Assembly: GCA_051006015.1 (NCBI GenBank)
Contig: JBPCIT010000265.1
Location: forward strand, 1 to 40,855
DNA from: Longimicrobiaceae bacterium
GTDB lineage: Bacteria > Gemmatimonadota > Gemmatimonadetes > Longimicrobiales > Longimicrobiaceae
Length of the DNA: 40,855 nucleotides
Direction of reading: 5' to 3'
Part shown: one piece after another, positions 1 through 9,306 of the stretch
Numbering within the stretch: the first letter of the stretch is position 1
Layout: every line of letters starts with the position of its first letter
Position numbers and translations under genes: made by a program
Notes under the pieces: model-generated
What the model was told of the DNA's origin: nothing
Databases searched by the model: none
Seen by the model: only the letters and a program-made list of their open reading frames with translations

Positions 1-2
1 TG

Positions 3-875
3 GTTCTGCTCAACGAGGCCGGAGAGCCGGTCGAGGTTTACGCCACCGGCGAGATCACGATTCGGAGCGCGCACCTGGCGCTCGGTTACTGGCGCCGACC
101 CGAGCTCACCCGTGCGGCCTTCCTGCCCGATCCCCAGGGAGGCGAGCGGCGCCTCTACCGAACCGGAGATCTGGGGCGGCTGCTGCCGGATGGCAGCATC
201 GAGTTCGTCGGGCGGCGGGACGCGCAGGTCAAGATCCGTGGCTACCGAATCGAGACCGCCGAGATCGAGAGCGCGTTGCTCGTGCACCGCGCCGTCGATC
301 AGGCAGTGGTGCTGCCACGCCGCCACGAGAATGGTGGCGAAGGAGAGCGGCAGCTCGCCGCCTATCTGGTGGTGCCCGAGGGCATCGCACAGCCCTCGCA
401 GGCCGAGCTGCGCGAGCTGCTTCGAGCGAAGCTGCCCCTGTACATGGTACCATCCGAGTACTTCTTCCTCGGCAGCCTTCCGCTCACCGCGAACGGGAAG
501 GTGGACCGGCGGGCGCTGCTCGCACTGGAGCAGCCCCAACCCGCGGCGGCGACGACGTTCGCGGCGCCGGAAGCGCCCCTCGAGCTGCTGATTGCCGGAA
601 TCTGGCGCGATCTGCTCGAGGTCGAGCAGATCGCCGTTGACGACAACTTCTATGATCTCGGCGGCCACTCGCTCCTGGCGCTGCGCTTCATCGCCCGCTT
701 CCAGGACGCTACGGGTATCCGGATCAACCCGCGAGAGCTTACTTATCAGACACTCGGGCAGCTCGCCGCCGCCCATGGCGGCGTCGCCGTACAGCTCCCC
801 GCGGGGCGACCCGGCCTGGCGTCGAAGCTCCGCCGCCGCCTGCAATGGACGGGCTTCGGCAGCGGGAGAAGTTGA
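3..875 (+). CDS. NRPS-type adenylation domain (C-terminal part) fused to a peptidyl-carrier (thiolation) domain. 5' end truncated by the window edge; the gene stops right after the carrier domain.
   Basis: Frame 3 is open from the window edge to the TGA at 873-875. Translation carries A-domain core motifs (YRTGDLGR...DGSIEFVGRRDAQVKIRGYRIE; LPLYMVPSEYFFLGSLPLTANGKVDRRAL, A8-A10) and then a carrier-domain motif (NFYDLGGHSLLALRF, phosphopantetheine Ser in GGHSL). No condensation or TE domain follows. Confidence 0.85.
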   Translation, partial: VLLNEAGEPVEVYATGEITIRSAHLALGYWRRPELTRAAFLPDPQGGERRLYRTGDLGRLLPDGSIEFVGRRDAQVKIRGYRIETAEIESALLVHRAVDQAVVLPRRHENGGEGERQLAAYLVVPEGIAQPSQAELRELLRAKLPLYMVPSEYFFLGSLPLTANGKVDRRALLALEQPQPAAATTFAAPEAPLELLIAGIWRDLLEVEQIAVDDNFYDLGGHSLLALRFIARFQDATGIRINPRELTYQTLGQLAAAHGGVAVQLPAGRPGLASKLRRRLQWTGFGSGRS

Positions 876-1768
876 AGCTCGCAGTGAGCGAGCACCGCGA
901 CATCGGGAGCGCGGTGGGTCCCCTGTCTGGAATCAACGCGGAGAGGCCGATCGTGCAGGTGAAGACGCGCAGGGAGGAGCGCCAGCCGCTGTTTTTCGGA
1001 GAGCGTTCCGAGCCGCTGTACGGTTGCTACCATCCTCCGGTGGGTGGCGGAGCGCGCGACTGCGCGGTCGTGCTCTGCTACCCATTCGGCCAAGAGTACA
1101 TCCGGTCGCACCGCTCCTTCCTTCAGCTCGCCATCCGGCTCGCCGGCCGCGGCTTTCCGGTCCTGCGCTTCGACTACTTCGGCTGCGGTGACTCCGCGGG
1201 AGAGACGGAGCAGGGACGCGTCGGGCGCTGGCTGGATGACATCGCTGCCGCGGCGCAGGAGATCCGGGTGCGCTCCGGTGCGAGCCGCCTCTGTCTGGCC
1301 GGGCTTCGGCTGGGCGGCACACTCGCCGGCCTCGCGGCCGCCGCGCAGGGGGGCGTGGACTCGCTCGTCCTCTGGGACCCGATCGTGAGCGGGCGCGCCT
1401 ACCTCGACGAGCTGAGCGCGCTACAGGCGGAGATGCTGCGCTTCGCGTACGTGGATCCGAAGCACCGGATGGGAGCCGCACTCGACGAGGTGCTCGGCTT
1501 TCCTACGCCGCCGGAGCTCCGGGCGGAACTCGAAGCCCTCGATCTGCTCGCGCTGGGCGGCAGGATCGCGGATCGCGTGCTGCTCATCGAGAGCGGATCG
1601 CCGCCCGAGCTGGCGCCGCTCCTCGCCGAGCTCCGCCGCGGCGCGGGCGAGGTCGAGCACCTGCATGTGGCGGAGCGGCGGGTCTGGCTGGCCGAGCCGT
1701 TTCGCGGCATCGTGCCGCACCAGCTGCTGGAGGCGCTCGTCGCCTGGATGGACCGGGTACACGAATGA
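845..1768 (+). CDS. alpha/beta-fold hydrolase (hydrolase 1). The nucleophile-elbow position appears to be Arg (GLRLGG). Start codon uncertain; the 845 ATG overlaps the upstream gene by 31 bp.
   Basis: 307-aa ORF. RFDYFGCGDSAG motif after the core strand. Paralogous alignment with the downstream hydrolase places AGLRLGG opposite IGNCSGA. Its stop codon overlaps the start of the next gene (ATGA). Confidence 0.7.
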   Translation: MDGLRQREKLKLAVSEHRDIGSAVGPLSGINAERPIVQVKTRREERQPLFFGERSEPLYGCYHPPVGGGARDCAVVLCYPFGQEYIRSHRSFLQLAIRLAGRGFPVLRFDYFGCGDSAGETEQGRVGRWLDDIAAAAQEIRVRSGASRLCLAGLRLGGTLAGLAAAAQGGVDSLVLWDPIVSGRAYLDELSALQAEMLRFAYVDPKHRMGAALDEVLGFPTPPELRAELEALDLLALGGRIADRVLLIESGSPPELAPLLAELRRGAGEVEHLHVAERRVWLAEPFRGIVPHQLLEALVAWMDRVHE

Positions 1769-2592
1769 GGGAATCGGTCGTACAGCTGGGGGCGGAGCGG
1801 GCGCTGGTGGGGATCCTCTCCCGGCCGCCGGCACCACGGGAGCATAGAGGCCGCACGGGGGTGATCTTCCTCAACGCCGGGCTGGTTCATCGGGTCGGTC
1901 CGAACCGCCTCCACGTGGCGATGGCGCGGAAGATCGCGGAGCGTGGGCGTGCGACGCTGCGTTTCGACCCCTCCGGCATCGGCGACAGCCGCGCCGGCGC
2001 GGGTGCCGGCAAGCTCGGCGAGCGGCGGATCGCCGAGACGCGCGCGGCGATGGACTGGCTCGGCAGCGAGACCGGCACCGACCGCTTCCTCCTGATCGGC
2101 AACTGCTCGGGGGCGGCGGTGGGCTACCTCACAGCCCACGCCGATCCACGGGTGGTCGGACTCGGATTGATCAATCCGCAGGCGCCGGTGCTGATGCGCC
2201 ACTTCCTCCGCACGGCTCTCACCCACCCGAACACCTGGCGCCGGCTGCTCGGCGGGCGCGCGAGGGTGGGGGAGCAGCTCGGGCAGCTCTTCAGTCGGTC
2301 CGAGGATGAGGCTGAACCGGAGCAAACGTACCGCGAGATACCGGAAGGATTGCGGAGGCTGGCCGAGCGCGGCGTCGATCTACTGCTCGCCTACTCCGAG
2401 TGGGATCCGGGCTACGACTACTACCGCCACATCCTGCGGCGCGAGCTCGCCGCACCGGGAGTGAAGGAGAAGATCCGCTTCGAAGTCATCCCGGGCGCCG
2501 ACCACCAGTTGAGCCTCCGCGGCACCCAGGAGCATCTCGTCCAGATCGTCGATCGCTGGCTCGCCGGAATCTCCGAGAACGGCTCGCATTGA
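1765..2592 (+). CDS. alpha/beta-fold hydrolase (hydrolase 2) with a Cys nucleophile elbow GNCSG. Paralog of the upstream hydrolase and translationally coupled to it.
   Basis: 275-aa ORF. RFDPSGIGDS, LLIGNCSGAAVGY (G-x-C-x-G) and C-terminal GADHQ (catalytic His candidate). ATG at 1765 overlaps the upstream TGA. Confidence 0.75.
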   Translation: MRESVVQLGAERALVGILSRPPAPREHRGRTGVIFLNAGLVHRVGPNRLHVAMARKIAERGRATLRFDPSGIGDSRAGAGAGKLGERRIAETRAAMDWLGSETGTDRFLLIGNCSGAAVGYLTAHADPRVVGLGLINPQAPVLMRHFLRTALTHPNTWRRLLGGRARVGEQLGQLFSRSEDEAEPEQTYREIPEGLRRLAERGVDLLLAYSEWDPGYDYYRHILRRELAAPGVKEKIRFEVIPGADHQLSLRGTQEHLVQIVDRWLAGISENGSH

Positions 2593-3273
2593 GGATTCCA
2601 CTGCACCTTGGGCGGCGGCATACTGGAATGCGGCCGCGGCGGTTGCAGCCGACGCGGCGCGCTACGCGGAGTTCGATGGCGATCTCGAACGAGTTCCTGC
2701 CCTTCCTCTGTGGATGTGCCAATGGTCGGGCCTCGGCTGCAGCTATCGCGCACGCTGCGATTCTCTGCTATATTTTCGTCGGACCGGGTTGTAGCATCGC
2801 CCGGGTTGCGCTCGGCACCAGCATCAGTTACTTCCTCTACTGGACCGCCGCGCCGGCGTTCGCACTCCGCCAGTCCGGCGGCGATCTGCAGGAGCTGCTC
2901 TCTCGATGGGCTGATCCTGCTGCGTTTCGCGGCGATGGTTTGCCTGCACAGAGTACTCGACACTGCTCCTCCCATCGAGCAGCTCGGACTCTGGGGCGGC
3001 ATCCTCCCAAGCCACCTATACAGGAGCGGTCTCTCTTGCGCCGTCTTCGCGCTTCTTCCCTTCGCCCTTCGTGCACACCCGTCCGTTGTCCGCATGCGTC
3101 GTAGCCTGCATCCTCTCCGGCAGCACTCCCGCGGTTAGCAGAGTGGCGAGCCTATCGCGCACCCCGCTCACCGGCGGCGAACCGCCGCCGGAACAGTTCA
3201 CGCCTCAGCTCCAGATGGGATCCGATCCTGGAGTTCCGGCGCACCACGCCCTCCCCTCGTTCCTGAGGCCGCG

Positions 3274-4551
3274 ATGAGCCCACTGCGCTTCTGCATGATC
3301 ACCACCTTCTATCCCCCCTACCACTTCGGGGGTGATGGAGTGAACGTGCAGCGCTTCGCGCGCGGGCTCGCGCGGCAAGGCCATGAGGTCGTGGTGATCC
3401 ATGATGTGGACGCCTACAACGCGCTGCACGATGGTCCGGAACCGCCAGCTCCGCAGGAGCAGGACGGCGTAGAGGTGGTGCGGCTGCGCAGTCGCCTGGG
3501 TGCACTCTCGCCGCTGCTGACGCACCAGCTCGGCCAGCCCATCGTTCACGGCGGGAAGATCCGGCAGATCCTCGATCGCGGGCGCTTCGATGTCATCCAC
3601 TATCACAACATCTCATTGGTAGGCGGACCCGGCATCCTCGCGGCGGGCAAGGCGCTCAAGGTCTACACGGCGCGCGAGCACTGGCTGGTCTGCCCCAGTA
3701 ACGTGCTCTGGCGACACGGGCGCGAGCTCTGCACCGGCCGCGAATGCACCCGCTGCGTGCTGAACCACGGCCGTCCACCGCAGCTCTGGCGCTACACCGA
3801 CTATCTCGAGCAGCAGCTCGATCACGTGGACCTCTTCATCGCCCTGAGCGAGTTCAGCCGGGAGAAGCACCGGGAGTTCGGCTTCCATCGCCCGATGGAG
3901 GTTCTTCCCAACCTCCTCGCAGATACGGCTGCGGAGGTTTCGATCCCTGCCGGCGATCCGCCGAACGAGCGCCCGTACTTTCTCTTCGTCGGCCGCATCG
4001 AGCGCATCAAGGGGCTGGATGATGTGGTGCCGGTCTTCCACTCCTATCCGGACGCGGACCTGCTGATCGCCGGTACCGGCGACCACGCGCCGGTGATCCG
4101 GAAGCTGGCAGCCGGCAACCCGCGGGTGAAGTTCCTGGGCCAGGTTCCTCCGGAGGAGCTGGCACGCTACTACCACCACGCGCTCGCTCTCCTGGCGCCT
4201 TCCGTGTGCTATGAAACCTTCGGCGTGATCCTGATCGAGGCCTTCCGGCTCTCCACCCCGGTAATCGCCCGCCGTATCGGTCCCTTCCCGGAGATCGTCG
4301 AGCGCTCTGGCGGCGGCGAGCTCTTCTCGACGCCGCAGGAGCTGGTGGCGGCGATGCGGCGCCTGCAGGCGGACGCCGCGCTGCGCCGACGCATGGGCGT
4401 GGCGGGACACAACGCCTTTCTCCGGAACTGGTCCGAGTCTGCGGTCATTCCGCGCTATCTCGAACTCGTCCGCCGGACCGCCGAGCGGAAGGGCAACTCC
4501 CGCGTCGCCGCGGCGCTGGAGGGCGAGCGGACGCTGTCTGCGGCTTCCTGA
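3274..4551 (+). CDS. GT4-family (GT-B fold) glycosyltransferase.
   Basis: 425-aa ORF. N-terminal FYPPYHFGG with a HEVVV acceptor-domain pattern. C-terminal donor-binding E-x7-E motif (CYETFGVILIEAF...PVIA). Confidence 0.85.
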   Translation: MSPLRFCMITTFYPPYHFGGDGVNVQRFARGLARQGHEVVVIHDVDAYNALHDGPEPPAPQEQDGVEVVRLRSRLGALSPLLTHQLGQPIVHGGKIRQILDRGRFDVIHYHNISLVGGPGILAAGKALKVYTAREHWLVCPSNVLWRHGRELCTGRECTRCVLNHGRPPQLWRYTDYLEQQLDHVDLFIALSEFSREKHREFGFHRPMEVLPNLLADTAAEVSIPAGDPPNERPYFLFVGRIERIKGLDDVVPVFHSYPDADLLIAGTGDHAPVIRKLAAGNPRVKFLGQVPPEELARYYHHALALLAPSVCYETFGVILIEAFRLSTPVIARRIGPFPEIVERSGGGELFSTPQELVAAMRRLQADAALRRRMGVAGHNAFLRNWSESAVIPRYLELVRRTAERKGNSRVAAALEGERTLSAAS

Positions 4552-4569
4552 GGACCGCTTCGACGGCAG

Positions 4570-5217
4570 ATGCACGACGACCTCCACAGGCAGGCCTCGA
4601 GCGCTCATTATTTTCAACAGGAGTACGACGATCTACCCCGCTTCATCTCCTACTTCTACCAGGTCGATCTCGTCAGGAGCCTGCAGCCACGGAGCGTTCT
4701 CGAGATCGGCGTCGGCAACAAGACGGTCGCGAATTACCTTCGGCAGAATGGAATCGAGATCAGCACCTGCGACATCGACGCGGAGCTGCACCCCGATTAT
4801 GTCGCCGACGTACGCACCCTCCCCTTCCCCGACGACAGCTACGACGTGGTGATGGCGTGCGAGGTGCTGGAGCACCTCCCCTGGTCCGATCTGGAGCGGG
4901 CGCTGCGTGAGCTGCACCGAACGACCCGACGCTTCGTACTGCTTTCCCTTCCCCACGCTTCCGCCGCTCTGGAGGTCGTCCTCCGGAATCCTCTGCCCCC
5001 GCGGATGCTGAAGACACCGTTCTTCGGCGTCTCGGTGCGGATGCCGCTCTTCTTCACGAGGACCGCTTCGACCGGCGAGCACCACTGGGAGATCGGACGG
5101 AGGAGCTTCCCCGCCCGCCGGATCCGCGCCGCATTGAGGAAGCATTTTACGATTCGCCGCGAGGTCCGGCCCGCTCTGCACTCCTACCACCACTTCTTCG
5201 TTCTCGAGAAGAGATAG
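4570..5217 (+). CDS. class I SAM-dependent methyltransferase.
   Basis: 215-aa ORF. Motif I VLEIGVGNK (GxGxG), acidic motif II CDID, motif III VVMACEVLEHL. Confidence 0.8.
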   Translation: MHDDLHRQASSAHYFQQEYDDLPRFISYFYQVDLVRSLQPRSVLEIGVGNKTVANYLRQNGIEISTCDIDAELHPDYVADVRTLPFPDDSYDVVMACEVLEHLPWSDLERALRELHRTTRRFVLLSLPHASAALEVVLRNPLPPRMLKTPFFGVSVRMPLFFTRTASTGEHHWEIGRRSFPARRIRAALRKHFTIRREVRPALHSYHHFFVLEKR

Positions 5218-5310
5218 CCCGCCGCCAGACGAGCCGCGGAGCGGAGGCGCGCAGGGTGGCCGCGTGCCCGCCAGAGCGCCCGTTGAGCGGATTCCAAGCA
5301 GTGTGGGTCG

Positions 5311-6267
5311 TCAGCTCCCCGAACGCAGCCGCTCTCGCAGGAACTGCAGGATGGTGCAGGTCGAGGCGCGGAAGCGCGGCTCGGCGCTGAACTCGGGCAC
5401 GCTGTGCCCCACCCCGGGCAGCTCGATCAGCGTAGCAGGCACGCCGGCGGAGCGCAGAGAGTCGCGCATGGAACGAGACTGGCGGATCGGCACCACCTCG
5501 TCCGCCGTGCCGTGGATGAGCAGGAAAGGAGGGTCGCCCGCGCTCGCGTGCACCGCGGGAGAGGCGAGCAGCGCCCGCGCCGGGTCGGCTTCCGGACGAG
5601 CTCCCAGGAAGTTCTCCACCATCGAGCGCTGCCCGGAATCGAGCGCACCTGCGGTGCGGATGTCGTGCGGGGCTGCGATCGCGACCACGGCGCTCACCGC
5701 GGGCGAGACGTCTCGCAAAGGGCAGGCGCCGTCGAGCCCTTCGACTTCCGCGGCCGTGCCGAGCATCGCCGCGAGGTGCCCACCCGCGGAGCTGCCCAGG
5801 GCGGCAATGCGCGATGGATCGATGTCGTAGGTCGCGGCATTGGCGCGGAGCCACCGCACTGCGCAGCGCACGTCCTCCACCGCGGCCGGAAAGACGTTGC
5901 GAGGCGCCGCCACCAGCCGATAGCTCACCGACGCCGCCGCGTACCCCTGCCCCGCCAGAAGGCGCATGCTGGAATGATAGGCGCTCCTGTCGCCCGCGCT
6001 CCAGCCGCCACCGTGAATGAGCACCACCAGCGGGTGCGGCCCGACATGCTCCGGCCAGGCGATGTCCAGCCGCTGGACCTGCCCATCCATCTCCGCGTAG
6101 GTGACGTTCCCGGCCAGGTTGATGTCGGCCGGACCCGGCGTCCGCGGAATGCTGCACTCCCGGACGATCGCCATTGACTCGCCGCCCGCCTCGCCCGAGG
6201 TCATCGGCGGGGAGACCCCTGCACACGCGCTCAGCAGCAACAGAGCCGAGGCGAAGCTTTGCTTCAT
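5311..6267 (-). CDS. lipoprotein esterase/lipase, alpha/beta hydrolase (HGGG oxyanion hole, GSSAGG nucleophile elbow).
   Basis: Real start taken at the internal ATG (6265-6267), giving MKQSFASALLLLSAC with lipobox LSAC. HGGGW and GSSAGGHLAA motifs, and a C-terminal HGTADEVV region carrying the catalytic Asp/His. Its start abuts the stop of the upstream gene. Confidence 0.8.
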   Translation of the reverse strand: MKQSFASALLLLSACAGVSPPMTSGEAGGESMAIVRECSIPRTPGPADINLAGNVTYAEMDGQVQRLDIAWPEHVGPHPLVVLIHGGGWSAGDRSAYHSSMRLLAGQGYAAASVSYRLVAAPRNVFPAAVEDVRCAVRWLRANAATYDIDPSRIAALGSSAGGHLAAMLGTAAEVEGLDGACPLRDVSPAVSAVVAIAAPHDIRTAGALDSGQRSMVENFLGARPEADPARALLASPAVHASAGDPPFLLIHGTADEVVPIRQSRSMRDSLRSAGVPATLIELPGVGHSVPEFSAEPRFRASTCTILQFLRERLRSGS

Positions 6268-6893
6268 TCCCGCGCGAGAAGCTCGGCTGGCGATATCCAC
6301 TGTCCGAGCGGCAACTGCACCCCCTGCCAGGTGACCAGCTCGTCCACCGGGGTTGGCCCGCCGATCCGGACGGCCGCGATGCTTCTCAGCCCCTGAACAT
6401 GGTCTGGGGAGAGCCAGCTGTTGACGGTCGGATCCCACACCTCGACGCCGCTCTCAGAGAAAACCGCACATGCCTCATGGTATGCCAGACCGTCGCCCGC
6501 CCATTCCGGCGAGGCGTTGCCGGTCATCCACCACCCGTGGAAGTGAGGAAGGTGGTGGCGCTCCTGGCGCTGCACGAGCTGCACAGGTAGGACCCGGCGG
6601 GAGTACGCGCTGAACGCCTCGATCGTCAGCGCCGCGTGGGCGCCGCAGTCGAGCTCTTCGGCATCCAGGGCGTCGCACCAGTGCAGCGGCCAGCGCGTCG
6701 GACCCCAGGGGAAGCGCTGCGCGATCCACCCCGGGCCGCCCTGCCCTCGCCACATCGAGCGGTTCATCGCCATGAACCAGCTGCGCGCGGTCGTACAGCA
6801 ATCGGCGCCATGATGCGTGAGAGTCGAGGGCACCCATGCCTCCCAGGGTGCCCAGGACTGAACTCGTGTCGGCTCAGCAACAAGCATCTTCAA
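6264..6893 (-). CDS. hypothetical Trp-rich protein, possibly with a transglutaminase-like / papain-like Cys-His-Asp core.
   Basis: 209-aa ORF in the operon between the ATP-grasp/decarboxylase fusion and the esterase. Candidate triad context: LDCGAHAAL, HFHGWW, VWDPTV (TGase-like cores often show a C in G-x-C, an H followed by aromatics, and a D in DPT). Weak and unverified. Confidence 0.5.
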   Translation of the reverse strand: MKMLVAEPTRVQSWAPWEAWVPSTLTHHGADCCTTARSWFMAMNRSMWRGQGGPGWIAQRFPWGPTRWPLHWCDALDAEELDCGAHAALTIEAFSAYSRRVLPVQLVQRQERHHLPHFHGWWMTGNASPEWAGDGLAYHEACAVFSESGVEVWDPTVNSWLSPDHVQGLRSIAAVRIGGPTPVDELVTWQGVQLPLGQWISPAELLARE

Positions 6894-9159
6894 GTACTCC
6901 CCTGCCGAAGTTGTAGGCCATGCTGGCGTCGTAGGCGCCAGCGTCTCCGATCACCAAGCAGTCACCCGGCCGGAGCGATTCCGGCACCGCCAGATCCGTG
7001 GCCAGGATGTCCGTCTCCATGCAGATCCGCCCGAGCAGTCGATCGGATCCGCCTCCAAGCACCTCCCACTCGCCGCCCGTGGAGCGGCCGTACACGCGGT
7101 GCGGATAGAAGGACGCCATCGGTAGGTCCGATATCGCCGCGTCCACGACAACCTCGGCTCCGCCTTTCTCGTGCTTGCGCACCTCCAGCACGGTGGTGAC
7201 CAGCGCCATCGTCGGCTGTGCGACCGCCTTGCCGGGCTCGACGAAGAATCGTTGCAGCCCCGGAAGGGTCTCGGCCGCGGCTCCGACCAACTCTTCCAGC
7301 CGGGGCAACAGCTCCGCATCGAAGTCGTCGGGGAACCACCCGCCACCCGAATCGAGGCAGCGCACCGGTCGGCCCACTCCCTGCTCGATCGCGTGCGCCC
7401 AGTGGATCACGCTCTGGAACACCTCCCGCCAGCGTGAGGGGCCGATCACATCGCTGGCGAAATGGAAGTGCACCCCGATCTCCTGCTCGGGCGGAAGCTC
7501 CTTCAGCAGGGCGAGCGTCTCGGCGAAGCGGCTGGGTGTGTCCATCGTCGCGCCGAAGCGCGACGGGACGGTCACGGGCCGCAGCCGGATGCCGAGGTAG
7601 CGGGCCGCGGGAGCGCCCTCGCACATCCAGCGCGCGAAGCTCTGCGGGGAGTCGGCGAACGCGGCCATCAACGCACCGTCGGGCGCCGGGCCGAATGGCC
7701 AGTGCTGGGCGGGGCCGTTCAGAATGATGCGCTCGGCGGGAAAGCCGGCGGCGAGGGCGTGCTGCATCTCCGCGCGGCTGATCACCTCGGCGAACATCCC
7801 GGCCTCCTCCGCGAGCGCGACCAGAGTCGGGTGGGGGTTGGTCTTGATGCTGTAGCCGAAGCCGAGCTCGACGCCCAGCGGGAACTCGGCGGTGGCGCGC
7901 TCGATCTGAGCGAAGCGCGCGCGGGTCGTGTGCGGCAGAAGAATGCGGCGTGGTGTGGCGGAGTCACCAACCAGAGCGCTCGCCAGGTCCTTTTCCACCG
8001 TGACCGGCATCGGCGCCGGCGCTCGGCGGGGCTTCTCCTGCTCAGGCCGTCCGCCGTTCTTGCGGGCTGCGTCCAGCCGCCGCGCCAGGTCAGGCATTCC
8101 CGAGGGGTGCTTCGAGCCGACCTGCCATTCGTCCAGCGGAGCTTTGACGGCGGGCAGCGGATACTGCGGATGCACCGGGATCTCCACGACGACGCGGGTG
8201 AACTGGGCGGCTCGGAAGGGCACCGCCGCCGCCGTTCCGAAACCCGCCGCCTCGACGACCCGCGCCGGGAGGTTGTGCCCCGCGAAGCTCGCGGCGTGGA
8301 TCCAGGCGGGGAACCGGGGGTTCCAGTCGATCAACTGGAGGGTGCCGTCCACGGCGCGCACGAACTCCAGCTCCCCACCGCCCGTCCACTCCAGCTCGGC
8401 GACCACCTCGCGCAGCGGCTCGACGATCGCGGGGTCAGCCGCGGAGACGCGTCCGGCCCACGTCTTCCCCTCCGCCGTCTGCGTCTGCTTGCGCATGTGA
8501 ACGCAGTCGAGCAGCTCGCCCTGATAGGCGCAGAAGGCGAACGACTCCTCGGTACCGAGCACATGCCGCTGCACGAATACCTTCTCGGTGCTCCAGGTGT
8601 CGGAGAGCACAGTGCGGGCGTTGCGGAACGAGGGCCAGTCACGTACGCGCATCGCCTCGTAGTTCGGACCCTTCACCCATACACGCCACCCATGCTGACG
8701 ACAGAAGCTGTGCAGCTCCCAGTCGGAGCGGTCCACCGAGATGAACTCCGGGATCACGAAGGGCAGCTTTCGCGCAGCCTCGATCGACGGTTTGGCGACC
8801 TGCGCAAGCGCGCCCGCCGGTGGAAGGAAGGCCCGGCTGCTGTCGGTGAGCGCGCCAGCCAGCCAATCGACCTCCAGATCCTGCCCCGCGAACCAGAGTG
8901 CCCCCGCGTCGAGGACCGACTGGATCGCCGCCTGATAAAGGGGAAGCTGAAGCTCCTTCCACGGACGCTGCAGCCAGATGTCGTCGAAGACGTCGCTGTG
9001 CAGCCCGGAGCTCTCTACGGAGTAGTCGACCGCGACGAGGTGAGCGTGGGGAAAGGCCTGCCGGAGGGAGAGTGCCACCCCGAGCCCGGGTGAGGGGTTG
9101 GGACCGCTGTGCACACCGCTGAGATAACACGTAAGTCGGCCATCGGCTTCTGCTCGCAT
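6874..9159 (-). CDS. fusion protein: N-terminal ATP-grasp carboxylate-amine ligase domain joined to a C-terminal fold-type-III PLP-dependent decarboxylase (Orn/DAP/Arg decarboxylase family) domain.
   Basis: 761-aa ORF. ATP-grasp hallmarks in the N-half: a CYLSG...GPNP Rossmann-like pre-domain, central VKGPNYEA / VQRHVLGTEESF, and GGELEFVRAVDGTLQLIDWNPRF (E-x-N-P-R). The C-half (from about residue 400) matches DAP-decarboxylase-type motifs: GFGYSIKTNPHP (PLP lysine), AERIILNGP, LDSGGGWF, EPGKAVA, and C-terminal VIGDAGAYDASMAYNFGRG. Confidence 0.85.
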   Translation of the reverse strand: MRAEADGRLTCYLSGVHSGPNPSPGLGVALSLRQAFPHAHLVAVDYSVESSGLHSDVFDDIWLQRPWKELQLPLYQAAIQSVLDAGALWFAGQDLEVDWLAGALTDSSRAFLPPAGALAQVAKPSIEAARKLPFVIPEFISVDRSDWELHSFCRQHGWRVWVKGPNYEAMRVRDWPSFRNARTVLSDTWSTEKVFVQRHVLGTEESFAFCAYQGELLDCVHMRKQTQTAEGKTWAGRVSAADPAIVEPLREVVAELEWTGGGELEFVRAVDGTLQLIDWNPRFPAWIHAASFAGHNLPARVVEAAGFGTAAAVPFRAAQFTRVVVEIPVHPQYPLPAVKAPLDEWQVGSKHPSGMPDLARRLDAARKNGGRPEQEKPRRAPAPMPVTVEKDLASALVGDSATPRRILLPHTTRARFAQIERATAEFPLGVELGFGYSIKTNPHPTLVALAEEAGMFAEVISRAEMQHALAAGFPAERIILNGPAQHWPFGPAPDGALMAAFADSPQSFARWMCEGAPAARYLGIRLRPVTVPSRFGATMDTPSRFAETLALLKELPPEQEIGVHFHFASDVIGPSRWREVFQSVIHWAHAIEQGVGRPVRCLDSGGGWFPDDFDAELLPRLEELVGAAAETLPGLQRFFVEPGKAVAQPTMALVTTVLEVRKHEKGGAEVVVDAAISDLPMASFYPHRVYGRSTGGEWEVLGGGSDRLLGRICMETDILATDLAVPESLRPGDCLVIGDAGAYDASMAYNFGRGVLEDACC

Positions 9160-9306
9160 GCACTACTCCACTCCGTGATGTGAATACTCACCGCCCAGGC
9201 CGCCTTGCGGGTGGGAAGAACGTGTCTCTCAGGAACCATCATACAGGTGAGCCTGCTCGAGAGCCGGACTGCGATCCGCAGCGCTCCCTGCCGACTCGGC
9301 CACCGC

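Noticed and set aside
2676-3104. 143-aa ORF MAISNEFLPFLCGCANGR… in the gap after hydrolase 2
   Set aside because: Codon bias decays midway and there are no motifs. Kept only as a possibility under the findings, not called as a feature.
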